Part shown: piece by piece, positions 50,724 through 64,000 of the stretch
How the letters are laid out: each line of letters opens with the position of its first letter
Position numbering within the stretch: position 1 is the first letter of the stretch
Assembly (NCBI RefSeq): GCF_036971445.1
Contig: NC_091469.1
Coordinates: forward strand, 188,418,001 to 188,482,000
Reading direction: 5' to 3'
Source of the DNA: Narcine bancroftii
Lineage: Eukaryota
Length of the DNA stretch: 64,000 nt
The notes under the pieces: model-generated
Told to the model about the DNA's origin: nothing
The model's database searches: none
Seen by the model: the letters and a program-made list of their open reading frames with translations, nothing else
Program-made: the position numbers and the translations under genes

Positions 50724-51182
50724 TACATTGTTTGAGTATTTAATTTCCATTAATATTATGAAACTAATGGTTTTTGGTGTTCTAATTTAAGATTTGTCCA
50801 GCATTTGCAGTTCCCATCTGAAGAAGATCTCTTTCCAAACTTCTCAGCCCATAAAATTCAAGAAGATAAACAGTGAGTAAGAAGTAAACTGTCTACTCCT
50901 CTTAATTCAAATTTTCTTTTTTAAATTTTTTTTCAATTTAAAAAATATTAAATCCCATTTTGGTTAATTTGAATAATTGGATAATTTGCCAACTCAAGAA
51001 ATGAGTTTGAATTTTCAGGAGTAGACAAAATCCAAATTTGCCAGTTTCAAGTGTCTGGTTGCAGGACTCTAGAGGCCAGTGCTTGGGCACTCCTGCTTTA
51101 AAGTGTTAAGGAAGAGAAATCAGCTGATTTTTTTAAAGTTGAAAGTTTTGTGATTGGGGCTTTCACAATATTTGCAATATAA

Positions 51183-51338
<156 letters not shown>

Positions 51339-52164
51339 TGAGAAATATTGAAAATGTTGAAATGTGCGTTTAAAAATTAATGGTTTAGAGACTTGGCACC
51401 TCATTCAACTAGTGCAGGACAGAGTAAGTGCTTAAATGTTGAAAGTTCCTTTTGTCAACTTAAGGCATCAAATCAAAGTGTTGACATTTTTGAGGACATA
51501 AAAGGTTCCACAAGTCTTTGATGTCATTACCATGCCCCCTACATTCCAAGTTTACTACATTTCATCTATAATAATTGAAATACATTTGGAATGCACACAA
51601 GTCTGTAAGTCATTGCAGAGGGAACGTAAGAAACTTGGAGCAGACAGGCCACTTAATTCCTTCAGATGCCTTGCCTTTCAATATGATTAAGTCTAAACTG
51701 CCCCAGGCCTCATCTCTTCTGTACAAGTTCCCCATCCCCCTCAGTTCTTTAATCTTTCAAAAATGTAATTACCCTCAATCCTGTTATCTTGTAACTTTAT
51801 CCCCTTGTTCATGACACTTTTTGAAGTCAACTTTATCATGCCTCTTTTGGATCTTGTTTCAATAATATCATCCCTCATTTCTCTAAACTCCAAAGAATAT
51901 GATTCTAATTTCTTTAGCTGCTTGTGATAGGACTCTGTATTGTAGGCACGCCATATTAAGTACATCACAAACTCATACAAGCAGTGCAATATAAACTCAG
52001 TTGAATATTTTGTATTTGTATGTTTAAGCGCTCAGTTTTCTCTTGCTATTTGTAAAGTAGATAGATGCAAGTTATTTATGTTAATCACTCAATTCCCTGA
52101 TATCAACCAACTTGTGCAAGAAGAAATTTCTGTGCAGCTAATTTTTAAATGACTGCTCTCTTAA

Positions 52165-52395
52165 TTACTCCTTCCCCTGCTTGCTGCTGTATCCTCCCTC
52201 CCTTATCTACCTATTACCTCCTGCCTTTGAGACTGTGCTCCTCTTTCCCCCCCCCCCACTATTTTGTTCAGAAACCTGCTGACGTTTTTCCATACCTTGA
52301 TGATGGGCTCAAGCCTGAAATATTGGTTGTGTATCTTTATCTTTGCTATATAAAGTATGCTGTTTGACCTGCTGAGTTTCTCCAGCATTGTTAGC
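52165..52395 (+). mobile_element. Penelope-like 3' UTR fragment
   Basis: ccttgatgatgggctcaagcctgaaa...gacctgctgagtttctccagcatt. Confidence 0.55.
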
Positions 52396-53068
52396 ACTTA
52401 TTTTGTACCCATGTCCTCATTCAATCTTCTCCCATAAGTGGAAACATTTTGTCATTTGACCTATTATACCTTTTAAGGATCTTCTACATTTCTATAAAAT
52501 ACTCCTTGTTGTTCTAAACTTCAATAAATATAGGTTTAGCCACTCATAATAGTTCAACTTTATGCTCAAGAAATTAGCCGAGTGAATCTTTGGTGTGGCT
52601 CTAATGCCAGTATAGCCTTTCTTAAAAACTTTCAAAAGCTCAAGTTCTTGCTAGTTTACATTTACACCGTTGACCTGTGATCTGGTGGATGTTTCCATTC
52701 TAAACTGATTTTATAAGCATTCCTTGATTAAAAATGTTCAAAAGGCAGTCAAAACTAAGGGGTATAATTTTTACCAGTGGTCTAAATGATTGGAAGCACC
52801 AAATGCCAACTCAGATATAATCCTATTAATCTTTTCTGAAACTAAGTAATATTTTTGTGTAACACTAATTTGGTTTACATTTGCAGGCAGGAATTTTAAA
52901 TTTTTTGGCTATGTAGTCCTGTTTTTCATTTTGAAACTGATATTCAACATCTTATCCCAAGGACATTGTATGCTTTGTGGCAAATGATAAAGATTTTAGA
53001 TTTAAGTTGTGCTTTTCAACTTTTCCTAATCTCAGTGAATGTTTCTTTGAATATACTGTATGTTGCAG

Positions 53069-53238
53069 AAAGAGTAGTGAAGAGGCAGTGCGTGAGAGAC
53101 AAAAGGTTGTAGCTTTGACCAACTTGAAGGAACCCAGCCTACTTCAGTTCTACATCTCCAGAGAGTGGTTGAACAAATTCAACACCTTCACTGAGCCAGG
53201 GCCAATCACAAACCACACCTTTCTTTGTTTACATGGAG
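53069..53238 (+). CDS. USP20: USP20 exon O (DUSP1 start)
   Basis: gcag|AAAGAG...GGAG|gtcagt; [11 protein letters not shown]...[31 protein letters not shown]. Confidence 0.96.
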
Positions 53239-53321
53239 GTCAGTAGCCTGGGGGAAATGGAAGCTTGGCACCTCAATTTGAATGTCCAAATAGTCTGCCA
53301 CTTTTTGCTCTCTTACATCCC

Positions 53322-53362
53322 TCCATAAATCTTCATCCGCGAAGCCAAGCCAAAGAAAAGAG
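53322..53362 (+). mobile_element. ~41-bp RTE 3' stub with 7-bp TSD
   Basis: ccataaatcttcatccgcgaagccaagccaaagaaaag; TSD ACATCCC at 53315-53321 and 53363-53369. Confidence 0.8.
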
Positions 53363-54498
53363 ACATCCCAACAGTGTCTTAACTCGGGCTCTTTCTTTTG
53401 CTTTCACTTTATTTATTTTTAAATGTGTGTTCTTAATGTTCAAAAGTGATTTCAAGATTTAATTGCAATCTGAATGATAATAGAGGTCTGAATTCAAATC
53501 CTTTCACAGAAAATAGGGAATTTAAATTCAAATAGTCAAGTATATTTGGAAATTTGAAGAACAAACATTATCGTAATGATGTCCATGAAGATACTTGGAC
53601 CGGTTCAATTACGACCTTTGGGGAAGGACATCTATTACTCACTTTGGACTATATGTAACTGCATACGCATAGTCAATTCTTAACTCCCCCCGAAATAACC
53701 TAACATGCTACATTGTTATGGAGTAAAAGTTATACAATATGAGAAAAGCCCCTTGACCAACTGAATCTACTTAGACCATCAAGCCACAATATCAGAGGGC
53801 ATATAGGGATGGTTAATACTGAATGTTTCAGCAACATGTACTTCCATGAAGGAATACTAAATTTTTCCTTGAATTGTTCCTCTGACCCTGCCCCCCCCCC
53901 TCAATTCCTTTAATGCAGGATTAACACTTTCACCTCTCCCCACCCCCCCCCCCCAACTTTGGTTTTAAGCCACAAATAGTTGTTTTAAATGTCATTTATT
54001 CATTGTGAACCATCACCAATCCAATTATTTTCTTAGATATAATGGAGAAGTTTTGGTGATTGAAGATTAATTTTACTATTTAAATAATCTGCCATATATA
54101 ATTCTATTTACTGGGCACATCTCCCAAGCGTAACTCAAACTTGCTTGCAAATATCAGAGGGGTTGTTTTATTCTTGCTCTACTTGGATGGAACATCACTC
54201 CATTGTAGCTGTTTGTTGTCTGCAAATGACAGTTTCATGGAAGGACTTGGGTCCTGGACAGATTAGAAGTTAGTGAGTAACATACTGGATTGTTAAGCTT
54301 AAAGGCCATTTCTTGAAAGTGAATTGGAACATTATGTAATTTAAGTACTGGAATGTATTGGAGGGTATGTTTATTTGCCATGAGAGTGTTGTTCATGCAT
54401 GTGAATACTTCTATTTTCCATTTGTGCTTTAGCAAAATAATGATTTGGTTTCCTATTTTCAAAGTTGCTGTATGTGTAGCACTATTGTTTGTTTACAG

Positions 54499-54580
54499 GT
54501 ATTCCTCCAAATAAATACCATTACATCGATGACCTAGTAGTGATTCTGCCCCAAAACGTATGGGAGTATCTCTACAACAG
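54499..54580 (+). CDS. USP20: USP20 exon P
   Basis: acag|GTATT...AACAG|gtaggt; [27 protein letters not shown]. Confidence 0.96.
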
Positions 54581-55315
54581 GTAGGTGCAAAGAGACTCCT
54601 GAGAGTGGATCCCTTAATTTGTTATAAATATCTTGATTTCTTTGACAAATGTTTTATTTTTTTTAATCAGATCAGTTAGTCTTATCATGAGGTAAAATTC
54701 AGTCTGAATAAATGCCTTTCACTTTTTGCCTCAATTGTGCTGCTTTGCGGAGCACCCAACTCCTCATATGAAATTATGTAATTAATTAATGATTCTATTT
54801 GTATGGCAACCAGCCATTATAGACAAACACAATCCATTGTGTGTATTGGACACTCCTGCCTTGGAAGGAATACTTCAACATTGGTGATCTCCAGGATAAA
54901 ATCATTATCCCGGAGATTCCAGTTGTAGTCAATAGAGATGAGGATATTGAAACTAATATGATTGAGATCTTTCATATAATTAAAAGAAATTGACAGGATA
55001 TGAATTTCATCCTCTTTATTTGGAAACCCCAAGGCAAGATTTTAGAACTTGCTTTAATCTGCCTTTAAAAATAAATGTTTCTTGACAGAGAGGACTCTGC
55101 TAACATGATCCTAAAAGGTGATACATGTGATTTGGTCTCTATGTAAAAACAACACTTGTTTGTTTGGCAAGTAAAGATATTAAGGAATAAGGTGAAAGTT
55201 TTGAAGAATTTTATTTAATAAGATAAAAATTGCTATACTTAATAAATTTGACATTCTTCCTGGTCATCTGACAAAATTGCTACATGTCTCAATATTCTTG
55301 TCTTGATTGTGGCAG

Positions 55316-55424
55316 GTTTGGAGGTGGTCCTTCTGTGAACCATTTATACATCTGTTCCATTTGCCAAGTAGAAATTGAGGCAATTGCTAAAAGGAGGAAA
55401 ATGGAAGTAGACACTTTTATAAAG
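55316..55424 (+). CDS. USP20: USP20 exon Q
   Basis: gcag|GTTTGG...ATAAAG|gtcaga; [36 protein letters not shown]. Confidence 0.96.
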
Positions 55425-56573
55425 GTCAGAGATCACTGCATCATCGTAAATGGGGTGGGGGGGAGGAGCTAGAAGTGAATTTTACAATTGTTAATTGTAC
55501 AATTGCCTTATAAATGTTTGAGAACATTGATCATAGCTTCACACTAGTTCAATAAAATTCTTGTGTGTGAAATGGCAATTAGAAATACACCATCACAGTC
55601 CAACTGTTGATTATTTCTATGTCTTGCACTTGTGCATTACATCAAGTCACACATTCTGCTCCAAACTTTCTGTCTCTGTCTCAGTCCTGAGCCAGTACAA
55701 GAGTACAGTACAGTCTTGGGTAGTTTCTCCCATCTGAACTGTGGAATATTATTTAGCAGAGATTAAGAATATATGATAAAAGATATTATGGAAAAAAATA
55801 TAACACACTTCTGATAATTGTACTATATGCTGCCATGAATAACACAACAGATTTGAGGAGATGAATAGGCAATTCCTGTTCCTAAATTCCATGGTGTGAA
55901 ACCAATATTATGTAATTCTAACTCAGTTTCAAGTTCAGATAAGTTTCTAAAAAGTTACAAAATATATTTAATTGCAAGTAAGTTTAAACTCTTGAAGAAT
56001 GATTAACCAAAGCTAACTGCCCAGTGGAAATGATGCTGCATTTCTTTAAATTGGAACGTAGTTTACAAGAGCAGGAGTAGACAAGTATTTGTTGAAAAAA
56101 AATTCTTTGCAGAAGCTCTGACACACTGAATATTTTTAGAATAAAATGGCCAATGCAAATATCGTTACTTGCACTTATTCACATTTTATATTTTCTGGGA
56201 CTTGAACTATTTTCAGTTAAAATTTATGGCTCTTGAAATCAACTGGCCTATATTTATTATATCATAGTAGCAAAATGAGCCAACTAGGTCAGAAAAGTCT
56301 CTTTCACACTTGCAAGTGGTCGCAGGAATTAATGGCCAATCAGCCTAAAAAGAGTCTAGTGTGAAGGATCAATCTTCGCAATGCTGGAGGAAGATGATGT
56401 CATTCTCACGCTGGGAGTAAATTGCCTTGATCCATAGTACAATCCCCGGGGTCTGCAGACGCTGGCGTTGCAATCAGGCAAGTGTAGAATGGGCTTTTGC
56501 ATTCTGGGATAGAAATTATCCAAGTTTTTGCATGAGTGCAGGAACATGAAGGAAGAAAAGATTAAAATGAAGG

Positions 56574-56881
56574 TATAAACTTTTCTGTGGGAAAGTCACA
56601 GCAAGGGAAAGAGAGAGAGGAAATAAATAGCAATAGCAGCCAATTTTTAAACAGCGTGGGAAAGTTGGTAGTGCTATAGCACACAATTTATAAAGACCAT
56701 GGGGTAAAAAGCAGTGGCAGACCTGACTTCCCAGAATATTTGTATATTGTGCGCAATAGCACTATCAACTTTCCCATGCTGTTTAAATTGTACACAATAG
56801 TGCTACCAACTTTCCCATGCTGCTTAAAAATTGTCCACTATTGGTTTTTATTCCTAGCACTTTCCCACGGTCCTTTATATA
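56574..56881. mobile_element. Palindromic MITE-like element
   Basis: Arm ttttaaacagcgtgggaaagttggtagtgcta versus two tandem reverse-complement arms (caactttcccatgctg.ttaaa); outer gtgggaaagt / actttcccac. Confidence 0.65.
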
Positions 56882-57864
56882 GGTCGGCACATCAACAAAG
56901 GGACTGAAGGGCTCATACTCTGCTGGACATAAAGCTTAATTTTGTTATAATTAGGCATGATTACTTTTGTTCAAATATAAGATCATAATGCAGTGATCAA
57001 GATTTAGGGCAGGTCCACTGGTAGAAGGTAGAACAGTTCTAATCCCTGGGATGGCTCCTTGCAAGTGTGAATGTGTGTAGTGTCCCAGTTAAGAGTGGTC
57101 AAATGTGAACAACAAAAATGCCATTCCTGTCCTGGGGCACTGAATGGCTGATTTAGTGGGATGCAAGTCTACAAGGGTCTAAAACCACTATCTGACTTTG
57201 CTAAGTTTCCATACACTTTTATTGAGCAATATCAACATGTGATCCATTATTCTTGTGCCAGTTCTTTGAATGTGTGACACAATTTGTCCCAGTCTTTTAC
57301 TCATACTTAAAAGTATTGTGCAATAAATGAAGGACCTATTTGGTTAGCTTCTCAACTTTTGTTTCTCCCGCTGGGCTTTCGGATGTCTTGAATATGATTC
57401 ATACTGTTTTTGCCTTTTTGGCATCTATACAGAGTGCCTTTAAGCATTTCGAAACTCGGGGAAAGTTTGCAGTGTCACGATATCCTAAACTGTTCTTACT
57501 ATCAGCTGAACCAATTTATTCTTATTCACCAACTTTACTCCCGCTGCCCTGAGGAGAAGGAAAACTGCAAGACATGCTATCAGGTCACTCCTGTGCAGCT
57601 GGAGTCAGTTGATTTCGCACTAATTGGTCTGAATACACTGTACTTGGATTGGGAAATTGTACAAGGTGCTTTGAAGAAAATGTAAAAAAAAATAGAATAA
57701 ATGTATTTCTTTCCTATCACAATGAAATAATTGAATCCATAAACCTTTATAACCAAAGAATTACTAATCTATTATGAGAAAGACAAGAAAGACTTGTAAT
57801 TGTATAATCACTGTTCATAGTTTCTGGTTGACACAAAGCACTTCACAATTATGTTTCTTAGACC

Positions 57865-58420
57865 ATATGACATAGGAATAGATATAAGCTATTCAGTTAA
57901 TCAAGTCTTCCCCATCATTTTAATCAATAGCTGATCAATTTTCCCCATTCAGCCCTACTGTCCAGCCTTCTCCCCATAACCTTTGTTGCCTTGACTAATC
58001 AAGAACCCTGTTAATTTCTGCCTTAAATACACCCAATGAACTGGCCTCCACAACTCCCTATGCCAACAAATTCCACAGGTTTACCGTCCTCTGGCTGAAG
58101 AAATTCTTCTGCATCTCTGTTCTAAGTGGGTGCCTTTCGTTCTTGTCCTAGATTCTCCCACCTTGGGAAACATTTTCTACATCTACTCTGTTCATGCCTT
58201 TCAACATTTAAAATGTTTCAATGAGATCACCCTCATTCTCCTAAATTCCAAAAGGCCAGGAGCTGTGAAATGCTTATCGTGATGGCCCTTTCATTCCTGG
58301 AATCATCCTTGTGAGCCTCCTCTGAATCTTCTCCAGCATCAGTACAGCTTTTCTTAAATGAGGAACCCAAAACTGCTCATAATTCTCCAAGTGAGGTCTC
58401 ACCAGTGCCTTGTATTGAAG
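57865..58420 (-). mobile_element. CR1 3' fragment
   Basis: YKALVRPHLENYEQFWVPHLRK...IQRRLTRMIPGMKG. Confidence 0.85.
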
Positions 58421-58538
58421 TAGAAGCACTGCAGTCACTTGGCACACAATAATAGCAAAGTGATTATCTGTTTTATTTAGGAACAGAGATAAAGTTAATA
58501 CAACTTTTTGTGATATTTTTACCAATTTTTTCGTCCAG

Positions 58539-58641
58539 CTTAACAAAGCATTCCAGGCTGAGGAATCTCCCGGTGTGATATACTGCATTAGTATGCAGTG
58601 GTTCCGTGAGTGGGAAGGTTTTGTTAAAGGCAAAGACAATG
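58539..58641 (+). CDS. USP20: USP20 exon R (DUSP2 start)
   Basis: ccag|CTTAAC...AATG|gtaaga; [34 protein letters not shown]. Confidence 0.96.
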
Positions 58642-59187
58642 GTAAGAAATATTTGATGGAGATGTCTCCAGTAAATCAAATAGATTGGCAGATTCCCTGA
58701 ATTCTAGTGAAGTACATTCAGAACTGTATTTTTATTTGGACAATTTAATACCTTTTTTTTTAAAAAGTGAAGCTATACAGAAAATGCCACTACTTATTAA
58801 GACTCTGATCTTAAAATCAGTAGACTTGGCTCATGTTTGATATATGTGCATTTATAGGCAGTCTTAAGTATACATGGCAGGTAAAGGAATTTACACAAGT
58901 TATGGCAATCAATGTGAAGTTAAATAGCTCCAAATTAGAGAATATTTTTATCGTCACAAAAATATTATGTGATTGCTAGATTTACTTTTTTCTGAAGTGT
59001 TGAGGAAAGTATGGCATTGCTGAAGTATAAGAGAGAAGTTGGAAGGGGCAGAGTTCCCAGCAGATTGATTACACATAGATATTGAATGGAGTAAACAGGG
59101 AGTAATTGGCCTTTTCTGACTGTGGACTCTTTTAGAATATTTTGCAGTAAAAACACCAAGAAGTTAAAGAAACTGAAGTGTATATAT

Positions 59188-59555
59188 CAGTGGTTCTCAA
59201 CCTTTTTCTTTCCACTCACATACCACTTTAAGTAATTCCTATGCGATTGGTGCTCTAATTAGTCAAGGATTGCTTAAGGTGGTATCTGAGTGGGAAGGGA
59301 AGGTTTAGGATCACTGCTCTAGATCCAGTTGTTACTGAAATATTTTGCTTGAGAAAAATTGTCATTGGCCCATTTCCTTTAGAGTTATGAAACCATGGGC
59401 ATAATGAGTCAATTAGATATGATTAAAACAGTTCAACCTTTTTCTTTCCACCCACATAGCACCTTAAGCAATCCCTTACTAATCACAGAGCACCGATGGC
59501 ATAGGGAATAGTTAAAGTGGTATGTGAGTGGAAAGAAAATGGTTGAGAACTACTG
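59188..59555. mobile_element. hAT (Charlie-like) MITE with long TIRs
   Basis: CAGTGGTTCTCAACC...GGTTGAGAACTACTG; 8-bp flanks gtatatat/atatatat; TIR unit internally duplicated. Confidence 0.85.
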
Positions 59556-59584
59556 ATATATATACTTGAAAAGAGGTGAGATGA

Positions 59585-59722
<138 letters not shown>

Positions 59723-60012
59723 TAATTGAAATATAAAATGTTTTAAAATAGTACATTAAACTTGTGTATTTTCCTCAGGTGTGTGCATGATTTAAAAGAA
59801 TTGAATATTTTGTACTTTTTAACTGCCTTATCGGTTGCACTACATGTAAGAGGTCTACTGGCCTGCATGCAAAACAATCAATACTTATGACAAATTTGAA
59901 CCATGATAATGGAGCCCAAAACTTGTGACAGATGTAACCTTGTGATGTAGATTGAGGTTGCTTGACTGAGTTTTCCTTTCATTTTGTGGTTCTGATTTCT
60001 TTTTTAAACTAG

Positions 60013-60170
60013 GTGCCGATTATGGTCAGATTTCCGAGGAAACCTGGAACTATTTGTTTACTATCTACAGTGGTGGGCCAGAAATTGCCATGCGGCAGAA
60101 TGTTATTCAAGCTGATTTGGACAGCCCACAGGGAGAGCGGAAAATAGAAGCTGAAACTCGAGGAGTGTGA
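60013..60170 (+). CDS. USP20: USP20 last coding exon T
   Basis: ctag|GTGCC...GTG TGA (tandem TGA TGA); [29 protein letters not shown]...KIEAETRGV*. Confidence 0.96.
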
Positions 60171-60757
60171 TGATGGAGCTGGCTTAAAAAACTAGTTAAA
60201 GGTACGTTTGTGTGGGAGGAGAGAAATATCACAGACTCAATTACAAAACCAAAGAAGATAGTGTTGAGATGCAAATCAATGATTTTTCTTTTAAAAAGCA
60301 AGTTTGAGGAGTTAATTAATCTTGTCCTATAACTCTGTTATTGTGAAAAATCTTTAAAGATAGAAAAATTAACATCAAACAACTTCATTTTGTACTTCAA
60401 TTTGGTGAAGTGTCTTAATGCACTGATCAGGACCATCTGACACGAGGCCATGTAGGACAGGTAACTGAAATCACAACCAAGGACTTTAAAGAGCTTATTA
60501 AAAAAAGAGGAGAGTCAGGAATTAAGTTACAAAGTTTGACTTAACCACAAATTATGGATAGATTTTTTTAAATGGGAATAATTAAGACCAAAGTTGAAGG
60601 CATGCAGAGAGCTCTTCTGGTTTGTCAGGCAGGAAGAGTTTGCAGAGTTGGGGAGGGAATGTAAAGATGAGATGCTATAAAAGGGAAATGATGTAGTATA
60701 GATGATTATAAATATTGGTATATTGAATAAATTTTAAATTTATTGAGCATAGATTTT

Positions 60758-61493
60758 TGTTACGTCACAGACCAGCAGCAATGAAAATTCATCAAAGCAG
60801 TGTTTTTGTTATTCTTTTAAAACCTTATTTATTAATAACTACTAATAATATAACACATTAGTCAAATCAACCCCAATTTTGTGCATGTATTACCCAAACT
60901 ATTACAGCTTAGGCCTAATTCTGGAAAGTCCTTCCAAAGTTCAGTCTTAGAAATCCTTGTTGAAATGCAGACTTTTAAACTGATGCACAGAAATAATCAC
61001 GAGGAGATGGGAGAGACTGAGTGATCAGACTGCCAAAAACTCACGAATCCTTGTCGAGTTTTTTCCAGAGAAATATCCTTGCCTACGAACAGCTGTCACA
61101 ACTCCCCTTTTTCTTGCGTAGGGGAAATGAAATGCGTGACTTCCATTATTCTTCCAAAACCCAGGTACAGGTCAATCAAAGTGACCCTTCCTTGGGTCAC
61201 GGTGGGATTCAATAATTCCCCTGAGAGGAAGAATCAGCCAAATTGTCCATTATCACTGCTCCATGTTCGATGAGACAGCCACTGGTCAATAAAGTGATGT
61301 TTCTTCAGTGTTCCACACGCATGACTCTCACCACCTGTGTCCCAGGAAAAAGCAACAAATGTTCTTTCCCCTTTCCAAAATATCGAATTTGAGTACAGCC
61401 TGTATTAGCTGTTGCCACCCAGTCTTTCCACAGCTGTGAATGATTGCAGCCTGTGCTAGCCCTTAAAGTGAAATGAAAGAGGAGCTCGTAATA
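60758..61493. mobile_element. Probable solo LTR related to 44627-45653
   Basis: TGTTACG...CGTAATA termini; shares ccagcagcaat start with the 44627 LTR; TSD unclear. Confidence 0.5.
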
Positions 61494-62914
61494 TTAGAGT
61501 AATCAATTTTAGAGCTTAGGAAAGGAATCCTTGTGTCTTAGCATTTATCTCGAATTGCTCATTATAAAGCTGCTGGCTCTTTCATTTGTGTGGTGTGGGT
61601 ATTCATGGCAAAGCCTGCATCTCATATCCATTTTAAATAGCCTCCAGAAGCTAGTGGTGTAAAGAAATTTTGCCTCAGATAATAAAGAATTGGACATGTA
61701 GGTCCAAGTTATGGTACCTTCTGGCTTAAAGGTATCTGCTTACTGACCTTTCTGAGTGAAAATTTGCAGTTTTTGTAGATTGATTGCTTCGTTGCAGCAA
61801 TGTAGCCTAAATTTCTTTAACAGTTGAGTCATTCAATGATCTATTTCCAGCTTCTTCTCTCTGGCTCATTTAAACTTCTAGTCAATCATACTCAGGATAT
61901 TGATGGTGGAGGATTTGACAAGGGAGATGCAGTTAAATGATAAAGGATGTGCATTTGTTGGAGATGGTCTCACCTGGTAATTTCTGCTCAAAATTCTTAC
62001 CTCTTCCCATTCCAAGATCCTTAAGCATCCCATGAAATTTCCAAAGCAAGCCTTTTAAGTTATGGAATAAAAAAATCCAAACTGATTTTCCATTCAAATG
62101 TAAATCAATTAAGTGGTTATTTGTATGATACCATAAATCTACAGGGAGCATGAGCAAGAATAAAGTACTGACTTAATTCGAATTCCTTCCTGAAATATAT
62201 AGGTCCAAGTCTGTGTGTACTATTAAAGTTTAAAACTCCTTCTCCCCAAGTTCTATTTAGGGATTAGAGATGTCAATGAGATTTACATAACGGCTGATTT
62301 CCATCTAGGTGGAAATTCATCCCTACTTGTCAAATGACACCTGAAGATAATTGTGTTTGGAATATATAGTAATGAAAAATGCTAATCAACTTTATATTGT
62401 GGGCATCTTGTTTATTGTCATGTTTGGAATGAACACTGATGAACTACCTTCTTTCAGCTCGTAATGGAATAAAGATAAAGTACTTGCCAATCTGAGTGAA
62501 AATGGCATGTTAAGATATTGAGCTATAATTCTAACCAGCAGCAAAATAAAACGAAGAGTTATTTCATTAGCGAAGATTTGAAAACTCGCTATTTATCCAC
62601 TGAAGACTAGGAAAGGACAGTCAGACAGCATTTGCAACTTAAAATGGGCATGTGGCCTTATTGCTTCATACAAGTGATTATACTCCTAAGTCCCTAATTC
62701 AATTCAATCCCAACAAAATACTCAGCAGGACAGGTGAGGGAGAAAGAGTTGATGCTTCAGATTGTTGTCATTCTTTAGCTTGATCCGGCAAGCAGGCAAT
62801 GCTACATGTCTTCCATGATTACAATGAGAGGCTCCAAATTAACACAAATTGCAGCATTAATTGTTTTTTAATTCTGGAACTTTTTTTCATTCAATTGCAT
62901 CTACGTATTCTGTT

Positions 62915-64000
62915 GAATGGAGTGAAGTTCCACAGGGATCTGTTCTGGGACCCCAGGTCTTGGTGTTTTTTTCTAAATGACCTGAATGAAGAAGTAGAGG
63001 TCAGTAAGTTTGCAAATGAAATGATATTTGGAGGAATTGTGGATAGTTTTTAAGGTTGTCTTAGGTTCCAACAGGATAGAGACTAGATGCGGATTTGGGT
63101 GTAAAAGTGGCAGGTGGAGTTCAATCCGGATAAGTGTGAGGTGATACATTTTGGAAGGTCAAACTTGTAGGCAGAGTACATGGTTAATGTTAGGATACTT
63201 AACAATATGGAAGAACAGAGGGACCTTGGTATCTAAATCCATAGATCTCTTAAGGTTGCTCTGCAGGTTGATAAGATAGTTAAGAAGACTCTGGTATGCG
63301 GGACTTCATTAGTGGGGGGATTGAGTTTAGGAGTCGTGAGGAGATCTATAATGAGACCACACTTGGAATACAGTTTTGTGTTCAGTTCTGGACACCTCAT
63401 TGCAGGAAGAATGTGGAAGGTTTGGAGAGGGTGTAGTGGAGATGTTGCCTGGATTGGAAAATAAGTCTTATGATGCAAGGTTAGCAGGGGCTTTTCTCTT
63501 TAATTTTTTTTTTATATACACCACAGTAACAGGCCCTTTTGGCCCATGAGCCCGGTCTGCCCAATTTCAGCCAATAGTCAGTGCACCCCATACATTTTGA
63601 ACGGTGGGAGGAAATGGAAGCCCCTGAGGAAAACCAATGCAGACACTGGGAAAGCATACAAACTCCTTACAAGCAGCACCAGATTTGGACCCTGGTCCCA
63701 GTCACTGGTACTGTAACTGCATGGTGCTAACTGTGCCCTATACTTCACTTTGGAGTGAAGAAAGAGGAGAGGAGACTCACTAGAGATCTACAAGGTTGAA
63801 AAGGGTAGATAAGGTAGACAGTCAACACCTTTTTCCCAGGGGGAAGTAGCAAACACCAGAGGACATTTGTACAAAATGAAGGAAGAAAGTTTAGGGGAGA
63901 CATCAGTGTAAGTTTTTTTATACAGATTGATGTGGGTGCCTGGAATTCATTGACATGGTGGTGAGGGAGGCTGGAATATTAGGGGCATTTAAGAGACTTT
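62915..64000 (+). mobile_element. CR1 3' fragment with a minus-strand V-SINE-like insertion at ~63505-63740
   Basis: SKFANE, KCEVIHFG, RPHLEY remnants; SINE reverse complement inside. Confidence 0.8.

Noticed and set aside
54817-55032. Minus-strand 71-aa ORF as a nested gene
   Set aside because: The plus strand resembles an old CR1 remnant (NMIEIFHIIK); no splice or homology support
56356-56575. Exon-like GC-balanced stretch ending in AAG|GTATAA
   Set aside because: No polypyrimidine acceptor and no recognisable homology

Overview
Eukaryotic vertebrate genomic DNA. The repeat content (V-SINE-like SINEs, abundant CR1, Penelope-like tails) suggests a cartilaginous fish; this is inference. The window holds most of one + strand gene, the deubiquitinase USP20: 20 GT-AG coding exons from 6085 to the TGA at 60168-60170. 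They total 2532 nt, or 843 aa plus stop, in one unbroken frame covering the end of the zf-UBP, the USP catalytic domain with an intact Cys/His/Asp triad, and two DUSP domains. The N-terminal exons lie upstream of the window. Introns are filled with decayed transposons: two Gypsy proviruses, solo LTRs, CR1, L1, RTE and Penelope-like retroelements, Tc1 and pogo/Tigger transposons, MITEs and SINEs, often nested. No prokaryotic system, CRISPR array or RNA gene was seen, and I cannot support a wholly new biological system here. The best lead is a partial copy of a USP20 exon with its splice acceptor, pasted into a CR1 element (22199-22349). It has acquired a candidate donor giving a 65-nt exon with the same phases as the parent, so it could be a nascent mutually exclusive or poison exon. 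Other leads are a young RTE family that may be horizontally transferred, a probable 3' UTR intron, and sense-oriented solo LTRs.
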